A stretch of DNA of 64,000 nt from Octopus bimaculoides (lineage: Eukaryota): positions 153,784,528 through 153,848,527 of the forward strand of contig NC_068981.1 in assembly GCF_001194135.2 (NCBI RefSeq), written 5' to 3'. The position numbers were made by a program, and so were the translations under genes. This document shows, one piece after another, positions 51,380 to 64,000 of this stretch. Under the pieces are notes generated by a model, which had not been told where the DNA came from, made no database searches, and saw nothing but the letters and a program-made list of their open reading frames with translations. Position 1 is the first letter of the stretch, and every line of letters starts with the position of its first letter.

Positions 51380-51685
51380 GGTGCCATGTAGAAAAGCACC
51401 CATGCTGGTGCCACATGGAAAAACACCTGTGCCAGTGCCACATAAAAAGTAATTTGTCAGTCCCACATGAAAAAGAACTTGTGCCAGTGCCACATATAAA
51501 GCACCAATACTAGTGCCATGTAAAAAGTACCAATGCCAGTACCACATAAAATGCACCCAGTACACTCTGTAAAGTGGTTGGTATTAGGAAGGGCATCCAG
51601 TCACAATTGGAGCCTGGCCAACTTCTGTCAAACAGTCCAACCCATGCCAGCATGGAAAACAGATATTAAATGATGATGATGATAT
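51380..51685 (+). mobile_element. Degenerate RTE-3'-end-type repeat with several gtgcca...aaaag subunits
   Basis: Family core gtggttggtattaggaagggcatccag and (GAT)n tail; truncates the second direct repeat. Confidence 0.8.
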
Positions 51686-52281
51686 ACATACACATATATA
51701 ATTTCAAAATACTTTGTAACTAAAGTCTTCACCCAACATCAGATGTGTCTTGAAACGGTATCAACAATGTGTAGTCATTGCTTTCTGACAATTCCAAGTG
51801 AAGTGAAACTTCAAAAACAATAAGATTTTTCATCTAAATTCATTCCTTCTATCAAAAAGGGAGCATTAAATAGACAGAAAAATCCAATAAATTTTTACCA
51901 AATTGTCCTTCCTCTTCTATTCAAATGTAAAAATTCAATATAAGTTCAAGAATTCAATGGTGTTAGCATCATTCAAAAGAAAACATTTCACCGGCTTCCA
52001 TAACTGTTAATGTTTTCTGTGGTATTAGCATAAGAATTATAGATGGATTTATTTAATTTCAATCTATATTCAGCCACTGTTTTGCAAATAAAATTCACTG
52101 CAACTCTGATTTATCAAGCTGAAAGTCAAGTATTGTAACTACACAGCCATCACAATTAATCTGTATCATCATCATTACTACTACTACTACTATTACTACT
52201 ACAATTACTACTATTATTGCTACAATTACTATTATTATTACTATTGCTATTATTATTACTATAACTATTATTATTATTATT

Positions 52282-52829
52282 GAGTGAAAGAGCAGTGTAT
52301 GCCATCAAAGTGACACTGAGGTAAAATATACGAAGCCTAGTATACCCATCATGACTGCCCGTCTGATAAGGGTACACCAGGCACATGCATCACAACCATA
52401 TGTGCATGACATGGTGATCTCATATCAAGATAACAATGCATGACCTTGCAGATGTGGCCCAGTTAGAATTTTCTTCAGGTCGAGTAGCCCATCCCGCTCA
52501 AAAGGTCCCTGAATAAGGGTTGTTTAAGGATGTTGAACAAAACACCCATGTTTCCAAAAGTGAATTATCGAAACCCCAGAGAATTCCTCTCAATACATGG
52601 CTATGATGCTCCCCCACTACTTCTGCTCATGATCAGAGATACACATATCGTCAGCCACTAAGGGACATGCTCAACTGGTTAAGGTCAAACAACTGACAAG
52701 CAAATCTGTGGTATTGAGCAGAATATTTGCTGTAGCCCATCTTTTATACCAAAACAAAACAATGTACATCATAACACTTCCAATTAGTTAAGATCAGAAG
52801 CCATGAGAGCCACTGCCTGGTACTGCATA
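52282..52829. mobile_element. ~550-bp non-coding element embedded between (ATT/ACT)n tracts
   Basis: Complex, more GC-rich sequence bounded sharply on both sides by trinucleotide tracts (52165-52281 and 52830-52905). I recall it as a dispersed octopus repeat (unverified). Confidence 0.6.
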
Positions 52830-52871
<42 letters not shown>

Positions 52872-55099
52872 TACTACTACTACTACTATTATTATTGTTG
52901 TTGTTCAGAGAGATTTTATTTATTTGCTTGGTCAATAAATATGATTGATCATTAAGATCAGACTTTTAGGGTGATCCAGCTGACTAAACTGATTTGATAA
53001 AAGAATAAAGTTAAATGGAACTTTGTATGGAATGAAATTCAACACTATTGATTTACTTAGGGGTCACTTGGTCCCATGGCTGTTATTAATCTTATGTAAT
53101 AACAAAATATAATATTAGAACTAGGTTCTGGATTGTATTTATTTTAAACAAAAGAAAAACTACTACAGACTAGATTGTAGATCCAGCAAAGCAACTGAAA
53201 TACACTGTTATTGTTGTGATGTAATTTTTATTGCTGTTGTTCAATTGCTGTCACCAACCCAAACCCTAGAATAGAACTAGTTAACCAAACAGCTGGTGGT
53301 GGTAATTTCTAAATAGAATATGTCAGATATGGTAGTTTTCAACCGATTTATTATTGGTATTTATTTGCAAATTTCAAAGAATTAATGGTTTGTTTGTTTG
53401 TTTTAAGTTAGGTTTTAGCAAAATTCTTAAAAATAGAACAGCAAAATACGAGTTGCCAACTAAAATTACCTCAGGAAGACAAGAAAAAAATAGCCATTAA
53501 TACCATTGATATTTTAAGCTTATTTTCCCAACCTTGTAACATTTCTATGGAATAAGAATTATTGCAGTGTCATTAATGTTGCAAGTTATAACTGTTGCCA
53601 TTGCTTTTTAAATTTCATTCCCAAACTGACAAAAAAAAAAACAAACTCTTTCATTCATCAAATTGGTACATTTTACTATTCTAATCTAATTTCTTCAACC
53701 AAATGGTGTCTGTACCCAGACACTTGTATATGTGGTGTATCTCAATTTAAATTCGAATAAACTTTATATAATCAACGTCATTACATTCTTTCTCTACCAA
53801 TCTCTATATGTTCGTAATTTTTTTTTTTTTGACAAATATATTTATGTAATATATTTATTTAATTTTGCTTATGTATCATCAGTATTTTACATCTAATTTG
53901 CTATGAACTGCACTGGTCTCACAGAATTTCATTGTTGTACTTTGTTGTCTGATATAGTACACATAACTGAGAAAACTGGTCATTTTTACTTTGTTAGTTA
54001 TAATTTTGACATTGTTTTTGCAGCTGGGTGCTCTTTATATCACTAACCATTTTACAGAATAGATATCTGTGTAAATGAAAACAGGCATTGTGGCTTAGCA
54101 TGATGTAATGTATTATGCAACATCATGAATGCACGAATAGATATAACCATAAGTGCAATGTTCTAAACACTTCTTTGCAAGTGCATTTTGTGTTTATTCC
54201 ATTCTCAAAACTTGTCAAAAATAATGGTACTTTGTTAATATACATACACAGTATTTGAATAAGCACAATATTCTTATACATATCTTTTTGTGCAAAAGCA
54301 CATCACCCCACTCTTTTGTGTGTGTGAGAGGGAGAGGGGGTGAGATAATTCAGTTGGATATAAATACTGTAGAGTATTTGTATTCTAATTTACAAGTTTT
54401 TGTTACCTCCAAACCAATATAAACATGAGGTGGTGGGGGTTGCATATATTGGCTCAGACTTATATCTAGGTATTTTCTCAAATTACTTGCTCTTAAACTT
54501 ACTCAAAAGTTAACCCTGGATATTCAACAAACCATATTCAACTTCTTTCTGTTCATGAGTATTACACACATGTAATATAGTCTGTTTCATACATAAAAAC
54601 AAGATAAACTACTTTCTATCCACTTACATCTAATAACTAGCTCTCATTAGCACCATTTCTAGGACTGATTATGTCACAGGTAACAAAAACATTTTTAGCG
54701 TCTTCCTAGTTGCCTATCGTCTTCCTTTCAAATATTTAAAGGTTGGTTCCCTACTAAAATCCATTTCTCTAGTTCTATTCTCAAATTTTTTTTTTTTTTA
54801 ACATATATTAATCAGTTTAACACTACCACCTGAATACTGGGTTGACTCATACTGTTAAAACTCAAATTCTATACTAATCAACAAAGATTTGAACCAGATT
54901 TAACGATGACTTCATATCTTGATGTGCTTCTTTCCACCGCATGTTCCTTGGTTTATGGTGCTGCTTCCTTGATATGTACACTAATTGACTAAGTGCTGCT
55001 GAAAGAAACTGGATAACCATGCTTTCATTGGGAGATGCTTCAATGAACAACAGGTATCTGTTCATTGAAGCAGTGCAAGTTCAGCAAGTGTGAATAAAT

Positions 55100-55530
55100 T
55101 GCATGCACATGCTGCTCATGTTTGGGAAGTTAAGAGGAAGAGTTATGATTTGCATTGGAATGTCTGTGGTGAGAAGTGAAGTAAAGAAAGAAAAGTGTGG
55201 GTGACTGAACGAGACTTTAGGATACACCAGAAATGAGGGCAGGAAGGAACAGGACCTCCATCAGCACATTCTATAATGATGTGATTAGACAGCAAGTTTC
55301 CAATCCAAGAGATGAGAGACAGGCGACTGTCATAGGTTGGTGAGTTAGGAGGTTCTCATACCAGACCGTTAAAGCTTTTGCTGATATCAAAAGTTCTCAC
55401 TGGTGAGAAACTACTGATAACAGGAGAGCAAGGCTTTGATAGATATTGCTCTATGAAAACAGTATTAGTGGTCACTGAACAGGGAAACAAACTCGAGACG
55501 ATGGAGGTTATTTTTGACAACTGTTTACAT
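55100..55530 (-). mobile_element. Decayed CR1/L2-type RT fragment
   Basis: FDISKSFNGLV*E...SLISWIGNLLSNH corresponds to LDISKAFDRVWH...WIxSFL. Confidence 0.65.
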
Positions 55531-57699
55531 TGTCTTTAAGATGTGGGAAGAGAGTGTGGCAGGGTAGGACAGACACCCCTCTTTAGATGGCATGCATGTT
55601 CAAATGATTTCATGATTTAACATGCAGTGCAATATTTCATAGCTAAACAGGTAAGCTACTTCTTATATGAGACCAGTATTGCATGATGGAATATGTGTGT
55701 ATATGTAAAATATTACTTGATTTTCAGATTGCCATTGGAACAAAGAGAAAGAGAGACAATACCAGTTATCAAGCTTCAAATAAAGTGAGCTAAAGGAACA
55801 AATTAAAAAAAAAAAGAAATCAAATCAACATACCTCAAGCTTTGTCTTAAGCATGTTAGTACCAACTAAGATCCTAAAACCTTCGTTGCTACCTGGGATC
55901 ACTAACAGCTTTGCATCTTTTTATCTTATTTGGGGGTAAAACCTATTTTGTTTCATTTGTTTCTGTTTATATTGTGTGAGTCTGAATGAGAAAGAGGAAA
56001 AATAAATTAATATAAAATCTCATGTTTCATAAAGATTAATGTTTTAATCAACAAAAAGAAAAGTACAATTGTTTTATGGTGTGTGGAGGTGAGAGAAACA
56101 AAGAATTTACATTGTTATTTGCAAGTAAGCACACACACACACACACACACACACGCGCGTACTTGTTCAACATTTTCAATTTAGTGGTTTCACTAAATGG
56201 TATGACCTGGAATTCAAAGCAATTAAAATGTGAAGCAGTGGAACTTAATTTTCATATGAAGCAAAACATAAACAAAAAGTGTTCATGCACAGAAAATAGA
56301 GGTATTAATTCAAAATTTATACACTTAGCAAGTGTTTTGAGATATAAAAGATGTAACATTTATAGATAAACAAGTTGCATTCATATTTTATAAGTGTTCA
56401 AAATACAGTAAATGGATTATTAAAACACGCAACAAGACAACAGATATAATAGAAGCTGTAAGTTAAGTTTTGTTTCCTCAAAACCTGACCACTCGATGGC
56501 TAGAAGTGATAGTTTGATAAAGGACTTATTTGTAACTGCATCTGCAACCACATTGCACACTTTGCTAGCTTCTCCAACTGAACCCATGTTTCAAATATTG
56601 AAACAATTACTGTCTGCCATGAGGTAGGTCATTATGAATTTTAAGATTGCCAACAGAATGAAGACAAAACTCAGTTTCAAGCAGTTATTCATGATCAGAA
56701 GTCATACCTGCAGATCATGAAAATACATCTCATATCACTTATTATATAGATGATGCCAACATATATGGTCAAAACAGCAGAAATAAAAAACCTTTCTTTT
56801 TTTTTATAAGACATGGCAGTGGCTTCTCAGAATAATGTGCTTAGCGACTAAGACTACACTCTAGCAGACTATCAATGAAGCAAAAATGCAAAATTCTTTT
56901 CAAACACCATTAAACTATAGATATAACTATCTTATAAGGACTAAGTTTCATAGCTGCACAGAAGAATTAAGCTTAGTGGTTCTTAAAACCTGCATATTAT
57001 CATCATCATTTTAACATTCACTTTTCGGTATTTACACAGAATATCAAAAATTTTATTGAGGTGAATTTTTCAACAGCTGGATGCCTTTCCTATCACTAAC
57101 TCTCACTGGTTTCCAAGTATGGCAATCTTTCCTCATAACCAGATGTGTTTTCAAGAAAGATTAGGAATGAAAGACACTGCTTGCATAATGGTGACATCCT
57201 TTTACAGAAGTTACGCGATATCAAGACAAGGAGACAGTCACACACACAACGGGCTTCTTTCAGTTTCCATCTATCAAATCCACTCGCAAGGTTTTGGTCA
57301 ACTCAAGGTTATAGTAGACATCACTAGCCCAAGATTTCACACAGTGAGAATGGACTCAGAACCATGTGATTGGAAAACAAGCTACTTACCACATAGGTAT
57401 GCCTACATATATCTTCAAAAGATATTTGATTTATTTGAGGGGATATATTTTGGACATTAATCTCACAAAGATAATATGACCATAGTTAATGCAACTCAAT
57501 CTTTTTCTGTAACTGGCTAATTGGTTAGTTGGTAGCAGAGAAGAGTCCAGATAAACACTCTTCCACATCCAGTACATGGACATAATTAAAGACACATTTG
57601 TCAACCAGCTGACACAACACACTGGTTTTATTTGCACTGACCCATCTTTAGATCAGGCTTATCCAACCTGAGCTAAAGGTCAATGTCAAATTGGCTCAT

Positions 57700-58240
57700 G
57701 GAAAGAAGGTCATTTGAACTATCTTAGCATGGCTGGACTCTGTAGCATTCAAAAAGAGTGCTGAATAGCACCTGGTCTATTATGCAATTGAAGTTTGTTA
57801 ATGAAAGAACACAACTTAGCAATGACTGTGGGATAGACTATGTTTGCTTTAATACCACATAATTTCATGATTTCATTAATGGTTTCTCAGCCAGAATGGA
57901 ATCTTTGGTTTGGCTGAGCACAACTTCAACATATCAGAATCAGTTGAAGAATGATGACAAAGATGATACAGTAACATCAGTTTAGTGCCAGGGTAGTTGT
58001 TTCAGAGTATCTGATAGCCATTTTTAAAAAAAGTGACAGTAAAACTGGAAAGTAGATTATTTATCACAAATACTAGAAATTTCATATTGGAACCCTACAC
58101 AAAGAGTACAAACTCTGATGACCTCAATAACAATATCATTTTCACTGGGTGTGGTGTTTTTCAGCCTGGAGATGATATTTTGATTTCATCTGCAGCTTAC
58201 ATATATCATCAATACCATATTGTTGAGTCATGGCTGCTTA
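57700..58240 (-). mobile_element. Possible very old L2/CR1 RT fragment
   Basis: EIKIIISRLKNTTPSENDI-like and FFKNG..NNYP pieces; weak. Confidence 0.3.
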
Positions 58241-58980
58241 ACCACATGTCAGCCATGGCTGAGCAAAACCTATGATCAAAAACATCACACTCTTGGCCAT
58301 CTCATATTTTATTCAACTAGTATATCTAGGATAGTATAATTCAACATGATATTTCATTTTTAAAGACAGGAGAGTGCAAATTTAAGAGTGTTTCAGCTGC
58401 TAGAGGCTCATAAGATTAGTCCAGTATCTAGTGCAGTAATTCCTATATCAAGATTATGATTTTAAAAATAATTTTGACCATGTATTTTTCATTCAGTGTG
58501 GTGATATACTGGTACTTAATCTGATGGAGAGCTTTCAAATGTGGCTGATGGAAGCATATTCCAGGCTCAAAGCAGTTTATTGCCTTAGCTAGTTGTTACT
58601 TTAAATGTTATACTTCAATCAAATGGAATGGTCTGATACTTAACTGGTCCTCCAATTACTGAGTGTTCAATCCAAGACCATCTGTGATATAACCTTTACA
58701 TACTGACCATGTAGTATCAACTCTAGCAGTTGAGGAGAATAAAATAATGCATATGCTAAAACTTGAATTCCCCTTCATACCACACAGTAGACAGAAATAT
58801 CAAACGTTTCAAATTATAAGTTGCAGATACATTTTCACTTGTACCAGTGTAGTGGATGAATTGTGTTCACTAACCAGCAGTTCAGTATAGTATGCAGACA
58901 ACTGTCAAGAGCTTACATATTCCAGTGACAATTGCTCAGGAAGTAATCCAACTAGCCATCATTATTGTTGTAGGTGCTTA

Positions 58981-59195
58981 AGCATTTAGCATTTAAGGCA
59001 GTCATATCCAGCCCAAATATTTTTATCTGTTTTATGATCACACAAGCCAGATCTAACCTCTCACACCTACCCAACAATGTTGTTCTAAAAACAATCACAT
59101 CAACAAAATCTAAAAGCTACAATACATGATTAATTCAAAACAATGTGAATAAATAACCATTACAATTGACACTAATTTGAATAGTAAAGGGTTAA
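58981..59195. mobile_element. piggyBac-like MITE copy
   Basis: Family body; taaaggg|ttaa right end. Confidence 0.8.
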
Positions 59196-59532
59196 GATCA
59201 AGTCAGCCCTAACTGAGTTGACCTTATTAAAAAGAGATGCATTTCGATAGTTGTTCTGTATATTTATGACTACATTGTCCATTGTGCCTGTGTTTTCATG
59301 ATGGCAGATGTAATTTGTAGGATATTTGGTGACTACATTTATAGACAGTGGATATGAATAATCACCACACCCAGAAATAGGCTCTTGAAGAAGTGCTTAT
59401 ATAGTTTTATAAGTGATGCTGTAATGGCAATTGTTCACAATTTAACAATGACACTGGAGCTCTAAAGCATTACAATAAAACATAAGATTGTGAACCTTTG
59501 GCAGCAAGTCTCTAAACTTCTTTCACACTCAC

Positions 59533-59603
59533 CACACTGGGAGAATAATCATAGTTTGCAGAACATTTAAGTGACTTTTAAAAAGGAGATCCTCCTCCAT
59601 GTT
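59533..59603 (-). other. Candidate 71-nt exon containing an ATG and an open frame
   Basis: Donor gtg|gtgagt and acceptor ttattttttaaaag|; reads MEEDLLFKSHLNVLQTMIILPV and ends in phase 2. Confidence 0.35.
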
Positions 59604-60404
59604 CTTTTAAAAAATAAAAAATTTGTAAATTAACACTAAATATGAATTAATGATAATAAAATGAGTTGACCCTTACAATCATTGTTTTACAGTCACGAAA
59701 AACACACTTAAAATGAACAAATGGGGGCTACAAAGCTACACAATCAGCTTGAAATAGCAGCCAAAATCTTTCTGAAGTTGCCCTCTACTATTTTAGAAAT
59801 ATAATGCAAAGAAATATTGGATTATTTAGTCTTTGATAAAATATACTTGAAAACAAGATGTGATGGCCAAAGTAGGAATACCTTTGCCCAATTTGAGCTG
59901 AGGCTAAACAACAAAAGTAAAACTTGAAATTCTACATTAAAGAAATTGATGTTGGAATGACTAAGGCACTAATGTGTCATGGCATACCATTTGGAAAATA
60001 AAGATTTTAAACTAAACAGAAAATCAGTAACAAAAATTGGATAGGTACAACTGCTTGGAGAATGATTTGCAAACAAACTTTAATTGTTAGTTTAGTCAAC
60101 TAGTAATTAAGTAAATCTGATGTTGTGTTAAAAAAAAAATTAGTGTTGATTTTTTTTTTTCTTTTATGGCATAAGCATAGTCAGAGTAGGAAGGGCATCA
60201 TCCATGACCTTTTGCAGGACTTCCAAAATTGGCATGAGGTGAAAGAAAAGAACCATGGCATGTGTTGTTATTGCAATAGATTGTAACACATCAAGATGTC
60301 AAGTTATCCTCACATCAGATGTCTGGTCTAAAAGTGATGGTTAAATAATCTATATTAACAAATACAATTTTCTGTGCATATGTCTGCATGGCATCCTAAC
60401 TTAC

Positions 60405-60486
60405 AGGCTCAGCTCCTTGAGAGGCTATACCCACAAAGACCAAATATTTGGAAGAGTGTTTCTATGCTACTTTTTTTCCCACCAGC
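60405..60486 (-). other. Candidate non-coding exon (82 nt)
   Basis: Acceptor aatttgtgttgcag| and donor cct|gtaagt; stops in all frames. Confidence 0.35.
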
Positions 60487-61419
60487 CTGCAACACAAATT
60501 CAGGCCACCCTATAACATCTTTAGATCTTACAACCAGCAACATGCAAAATAAGAAGTGTAACAATGGAAGCAGAAATACTGAGAGCAAACATGTTGGTTT
60601 GAACAGAATTTTTATCAATTAAGTCCTTTCCCTCCAGATAAAATCAAATTTGAATTTGGAAACAGTAAAGATTTATTGATGCTATCTTATGTTTTCTTTT
60701 AAATAGATTCTTCAACTTTATGATCTTACTTAAGGCCAAAGTCCCAACAGCATTTTACAGCAGTCAGACTATAAATCTGCCCAGGGAGTAGCTATTTTGG
60801 CTAGTGAGAAATAATGAGTTCTAACAATTGGTAATAAACTGTTGAAATTGGTTAACTCTATGGAAAATTAAAACATAGGTTTAAATCCAAAGAGAAATTA
60901 TATCATATGCAGAGTGGTGTAATATATAATTAAGTTGTTTAACCAGAAGTGGATCAAAAGAAAATGACATGCACACACAAAGAACTATCCCTAAATTTAA
61001 GTGATCACTGTACAAGACTATGACATAATAGTTAGAGCTTTGAAACTCTGTACTGGTAATATGAGGTTTGAGATCAAAGCCAGCATAAAAATGTTTATAA
61101 GGTAAATTGATGGCAGAATCAAAAGAGCATCAAACAAAATGCCATGTTTCACTTGGTTCTGTCTCTTTATCGTCTGAGTTCAAATTCTACCCCCCAAGTT
61201 CACTTTGCTTTTCAAGTACTCATCAATAAAATAATGGGGACACTGTTATTAATTATAGAAGGCGGTGCCTCAGCATGGCCAATGACTGGAACAAGTAAAA
61301 GAAGCAACTGATTATCATAGACTGAAGCATTGTAAACACAGTAAAGAACAAAGACACAGGAAAAAGAAAACTGAAAGGCATATTGTTTAAGTAATATGTA
61401 TGAGAAAATAATAAAAATT

Positions 61420-62800
61420 AGTTTCTTTTTCGGGATTCTCGGATTTTGAATTTCCAGGAAATGTGACTGATGATAGGTATTTCAATGGGTATTTCCTATG
61501 ATTGTATTCTATTTCCTGGGAATTTCTGAACATTTAAAAATTAATTACAAGTTACAAGACTGTGTTAAAGTGTTCATGAGGTCCAAGTGATCTTTTACAC
61601 TATTTAAAGATAGGTCACAAAGGCATTTTGTCAGGAACAAATACAATTGCAATAGACAAACCGCTTTCAAAAAGAATCAACAAAAAATATTCTTTGTGGT
61701 AAAGCAGACTGAGACTATAGAAGAAATACATATCCAAATTAGTTGCTATTGATAGAGTTTCCATGAATGCAATACTTAAAAATGCTTTTATTAAGAAAGC
61801 TATTACAGATAAAAGGCTTGATTTTACCAAAGAATGGATCTCATTTAATGTAAATGATTCAACATCAATATAAATTGAAAAAAAATTCTGATTATTAAAA
61901 TAACTAAATGAAAGAGGAACTCTGAAAAAATTCAGTATTTCTATAGATGAATATATATCTTTGTGTAAATGTATATTCATGTAAATATACACTCATATGG
62001 TAAATTTTGAAACTTAGGAATGATCAGAATTTATGAAAGTTTACTTGCTGGAAAATGTTTCAACTTTTAGAAGCAAAGCTTTCTGTGATCAATCCTGAAT
62101 TGAAAAAAAATGTTGCAGTCATTACTGATGGCGCAAGCAATGTGGTAAAAATTTGGCAAGAATATCAACAGCAAGTATCAATTTTGTTGTCTATTTGAAT
62201 TTCATTTGTCTATTTGTAATGTTCTTTAGAAGAAAACTAAATCAAATTCTAATAAAAGTAATTTAACTAATGAAACTTGCAATGACAAATTTAAAGATAC
62301 ATTTGAAGAGAAGGATGATTGAAATGTACATTCTTCAGATATGAATCTGGTTGATAACCATGTCATTTTGCTGCAAACTGAATGGTACCTATTGCAGAAG
62401 ACCTCTTCACTGAAGAAAAAGACCATATCATTAAATATACAAGAACAGTTGCCAGTTCATTTCATAGGCCTCCAAGATGAAATACTTCAGAAATATGTTA
62501 GAGGGAAACATGGTCATGAATTGCCATCAATAAATCAAATGCAACAGTTTATTTACAATCTTAGAACAATTCTTACATCTTAAACACTGTATTGCAAAAG
62601 TCATATATGATAAAAGTAACCTCTTGACCAAGACAATTAATTTAATGCTATTCATGTTGTTATATTAGCAACGGAACCAATTAGAATAGAAGCTGAAAAC
62701 CTCAGTCACGGAAATGCAACCTCAATCATATCTATTATTCTAGAAGAATTGAATCAACAAAATACATCAAAGTTTCTATTGCTGAGAGAATATGCCACAA
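61420..62800 (+). mobile_element. hAT-superfamily transposase remnant
   Basis: Frame pieces KFSISIDEYIS, LGMIRIYESL, VAVITDGASNVVK and FHLSICNVL match the hAT motifs (S-L-T-x-D-x-W-T, T-D-x-A-S-N, C-x-x-H); many stops and frameshifts. Confidence 0.85.
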
Positions 62801-62971
62801 GAAAACACACACACAAATATAGACAAACAATGGGCTTCCACACAGTTTCCATTTACTGAATTCACTAACAAAGTATCAATCAGCCTAAGGCTATAAAAGA
62901 AAACATTTGTCCAAGGTGCCTACACAATAGCCTTAGGCTGATTGTTACCTTGTTAGTCATCATCATCGTTT

Positions 62972-63022
62972 TGAGTCCAACCCATGCTAGCATGGAAAGC
63001 GGACGTTAAACGATGATGATGA
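62972..63022 (+). mobile_element. Severely 5'-truncated RTE-3'-end copy inside a duplicated target
   Basis: gtccaacccatgctagcatggaaagcggacgttaaacgatgatgatg between two copies of a 54-bp flank. Confidence 0.85.
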
Positions 63023-63208
63023 CTAATAAGGTATCAATTAGCCTAAGGCTATAAAAGAAAACATTTGTCCAAGGTGCCCACACAGTAAGACTGAACCTGA
63101 AACCACATTGCTTCAAAGTGAGCTTCTTAACCACATAGCCATCTTTATTTTCTTTTGTTTGTTTGTTTTTGTTTACATAAACCATTACCTGTTATCATTT
63201 TCTATACA

Positions 63209-63365
63209 TATCATCATTTAACATCCGTTTTCCATGCTGGCATGGGTTGGATGGTTTGACAGGGGCTGGCTAAGCAGAAGACGGCACCAGGCTTTACTGT
63301 CGGTTTTTGCAGGGTTTTTACAGCTGGATGCCCTTCCTAACACCAACCACCTTACAGAGTGGACT
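63209..63365 (-). mobile_element. RTE-3'-end-type repeat, reverse copy
   Basis: catcatttaacatccgttttccatgctggcatggg...cagctggatgcccttcctaacaccaaccac. Confidence 0.85.
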
Positions 63366-63649
63366 ATATACACCTGTTATTTTAATGGGATAAACTTGTA
63401 TGCTCACTATCCTTTCTTTCTAGAGACCAAAACTCTAAATCTTCAAATAAGAGGGTTAAACATGAAAAATAAGAGTTGAGGTTTATTCTTAAGAAGTATA
63501 AAACAGTAAAAACCCAAGTGAGAGGAAATTTCCCATTAGCCAGAAATGACAAGTTCCAGGAAATTGAGAAATACTCTCAATAGCAAGTGAACATTTAACA
63601 AAATGACCTAACACTTGTATAAAATGAAACAAAATATTTGTTACATGAT

Positions 63650-64000
63650 CGTTTTGCAAGACAGTGTAGGAGAGAGAATAGTGATGTTGTAGGAGAGAAA
63701 TGTGTTCGCATGGATGATGGTACGCTTGCATTAAATGAGGATGCAAAGAAAGAGGTCTGGAGATGCCACTACGATAGATTGCTTAATAAAGAGAATGAAT
63801 GGGAGAAAGAGAGCCTGCCGTATGTCGACCCAATAGAGGGACCAGCTATCCGAGTTGATAGTACCAGGGTAGATAAAGCAATTAAGAGTATGAAGACCGG
63901 GAAAGCCCCCGGCCCATCAGGAATCACTGCAGAGATGCTCAAAATATCTGGCAGTGTTGGCTATAGCCTAGTCACCCGTATTACGAACCAGGTGATACAC
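63650..64000 (+). mobile_element. 5'-truncated RTE LINE; uninterrupted ORF (linker into RT) running off the window
   Basis: Open frame RFARQCRRENSDVVGEKCVRMDDG...WRCHYDRLLNKENEW...KAIKSMKTGKAPGPSGITAEMLKISG; K-x-GKAPGPxGIxAEMLK is the RTE RT-entry motif. Confidence 0.93.

Overview
This is AT-rich eukaryotic genomic DNA from a gapped assembly: six N-runs, five of them next to microsatellites. The repeat content points to an octopus genome. That assignment rests on my recall of octopus SINE and RTE families and is not verified. No host protein-coding gene can be identified with confidence. Most of the window is dispersed repeats: three tRNA-derived SINE types (three copies with clear target-site duplications), many RTE-LINE 3' ends, decayed RTE and CR1/L2-type RT fragments, mariner and hAT remnants, a TTAA-flanked piggyBac-like MITE (8 copies), a hAT-type MITE and microsatellites. 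An RTE ORF stays open to the right edge. A-rich + strand composition, a CpG-rich patch at about 22.8-24.7 kb and a chain of well-formed minus-strand splice-site pairs suggest the window lies in introns or the leader of a long minus-strand transcript, and many of these exons look non-coding. The most notable observation is three independent, slightly decayed minimal type I hammerhead ribozyme motifs (18.3, 33.8 and 51.1 kb). Two sit in inverted-repeat structures typical of Penelope-like elements, and one sits in a roughly 350-bp tandem unit resembling animal retrozymes. Also notable are a 44-bp array with conserved and variable blocks, a hairpin abutting a splice donor, an (AAT)n-embedded element and a retrotransposition junction carrying a fold-back copy.
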